Shown here: in pieces, positions 62,661 through 64,000 of the stretch | How the letters are laid out: each line of letters starts with the position of its first letter | Position numbering within the stretch: position 1 is the stretch's first letter | NCBI GenBank assembly: GCA_903813345.2 | Contig: CAIIXF020000001.1 | Span: 48,112,001-48,176,000 of the forward strand | Source of the DNA: Owenia fusiformis | Taxonomy: Eukaryota | Direction: 5' to 3' | DNA length: 64,000 bases | The notes under the pieces: model-generated | What the model was told of the DNA's origin: nothing | Seen by the model: the letters and a program-made list of their open reading frames with translations, nothing else | Database searches by the model: none | Position numbers and translations under genes: made by a program

Positions 62661-64000
62661 TTTAATAAACCTTGCCAAAAATCTAGATCCCTTGTGATTC
62701 TTTTGACTAAAATTCCCTTGGTGCTATATAAAACAAAGTCACACCATTCAACCTCCATGATAGCCATTTGCATTTGAATTTGGTAAAACCATGCTGATGA
62801 TTTTTTCAAACTTAAATTTTTGTTCTCATATGTGCATTCATAGTTTGATTTAGAAGAGAGTGCACTTTCAAGTTTTTCATAAGCAAATTTATAAGAACAC
62901 TTTATCTCAAGAGCACCTGTGCCACAACAATCACATTTGACAATACCATCTGGACTTGCTCCCATATGAGGGTATTGCCTGTTGATAACAAGCCCAGAAT
63001 CTTTAACAGAAAATTTAGTATGTTTTTTACTTTCACTTTGCACATACAAATGCCGGGCAGTTTTCTCATGTGCTTTTCCAAATTCTAGGCTTTTTACACT
63101 GAAATCCACACTGGCTTTATTCATTATACCCTTTGCAATATAATTGTCCTTATTCATGAGAGTGTTCTCAGTGGCGTTTGCAACCTTTTTAGCAATAGAT
63201 GCCGTTATCCTCCCTTCACGGTATTTAAACCAGTCAGATGATTGGGATTGTTCAATGGAGCAATCAAAAACATCACTTATATAATCCTTTGTTGTCTCTT
63301 GATGAAGAGTCCTCATAATTTTTTCTTCACTCAGAGGTCTGTCAATAGAATCAACTATCTCAAACACACTTTTCGGATTTTCGGATTCAGAGAAATCTTC
63401 GCTGTCATCATAATCGATGGCCATACATGAGTCTGTACCTTTTATTAATTTGAGAAAATCATTGTTCACTTCACTTTTCTTGGAAGGGCTAAGGGGACGA
63501 AAGGGTACATAACTGTCACATGTTGGCTTTTTTGATGGTTTTTGTGAATCGTTACGAATGTCAATACTGTCCCAATATTCAGGTTTGCTGCGCTTTCTTG
63601 GGACAGTCCAGGCACATGGTATGTCAGTGCATACCTCTGTATTCCTATCCTCGTTACGTGTGACAAAATCATGGAGAGAGAACAGCATCGCTGCAATGTG
63701 CTTACAACTTCCATCACCCCTGCAAGTAGAAATAAACAATTTTTAATAACAAACAGAACATGTATATCTATAATGTGCACCATATTTATTAAACAATTTA
63801 TTATTGCCTGTTAGTGTTACTGATTTATTTCTGATTTCACTATACATCTATCTTCATGTAATGTACCATTTTTACTGAGTGACGCCATTTTATTTTCACA
63901 GCATATTGCATGTTACTGATTAATTTAAGATCTTAAATTTATTACTATTAATCAAGTGATGACTTTATCTACTTACGCAACGCAATGGCATCCAGCAGAT
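62606..64000 (-). CDS. SWIM zinc finger + YqaJ/lambda-exonuclease-like PD-(D/E)xK nuclease; exons 63977->64000 and 62606-63719
   Basis: Splicing (GC|gtaagt ... ttgcag|G) gives the SWIM motif CHCVAGDGSCKHIAA; QSQSSDWFKYREGRITAS, FGKAHE, GASPDGIVKCDCCGTGALEIKC, YQIQMQM, CDFV. Confidence 0.92.

Larger units (their letters stand above)
56650..64000. mobile_element. ISL2EU/IS4EU-type (PIF/Harbinger-related) autonomous DNA transposon; right end outside the window
   Basis: A convergent THAP-DDE transposase and YqaJ exonuclease is the established gene pair of this group. The left boundary is a guess (TA-CAGGTGTAACCC, where CpG content rises); the TIR cannot be verified. Confidence 0.8.

Overview
AT-rich, intron-rich, TE-dense animal genomic DNA, probably a lophotrochozoan invertebrate (inferred from the repeat types). 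(1) A focal adhesion kinase gene (FAK/PTK2) on the minus strand: 14 phase-consistent coding exons from 23581 down to 167 cover the FERM domain, the linker with the DYAEI autophosphorylation motif and most of the kinase; the gene runs off the left edge. (2) Upstream of the FAK common exon (24.9-55.8 kb) lie a dozen or more short ATG-initiated, phase-0 donor-terminated ORFs that look like a bank of alternative first coding exons, each giving a different N-terminus. (3) A 5-exon, membrane-anchored heme peroxidase of the non-animal peroxidase-catalase superfamily on the plus strand (30557-35301), probably nested antisense in that FAK 5' region. (4) A candidate 2-exon single-pass membrane protein gene (52077-52960). 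(5) An apparently intact ISL2EU/IS4EU-type DNA transposon: spliced THAP + DDE transposase, a convergent SWIM + YqaJ exonuclease, and two tandem arrays between them; it runs off the right edge. (6) Many non-autonomous elements: a 7.1-kb foldback element with 8-bp TSD, a 1.9-kb long-TIR element inserted in a tRNA-SINE, Helentron-type HINEs, an RTEX-like LINE fragment and many MITEs. All exon structures were derived by eye, with no transcript evidence.
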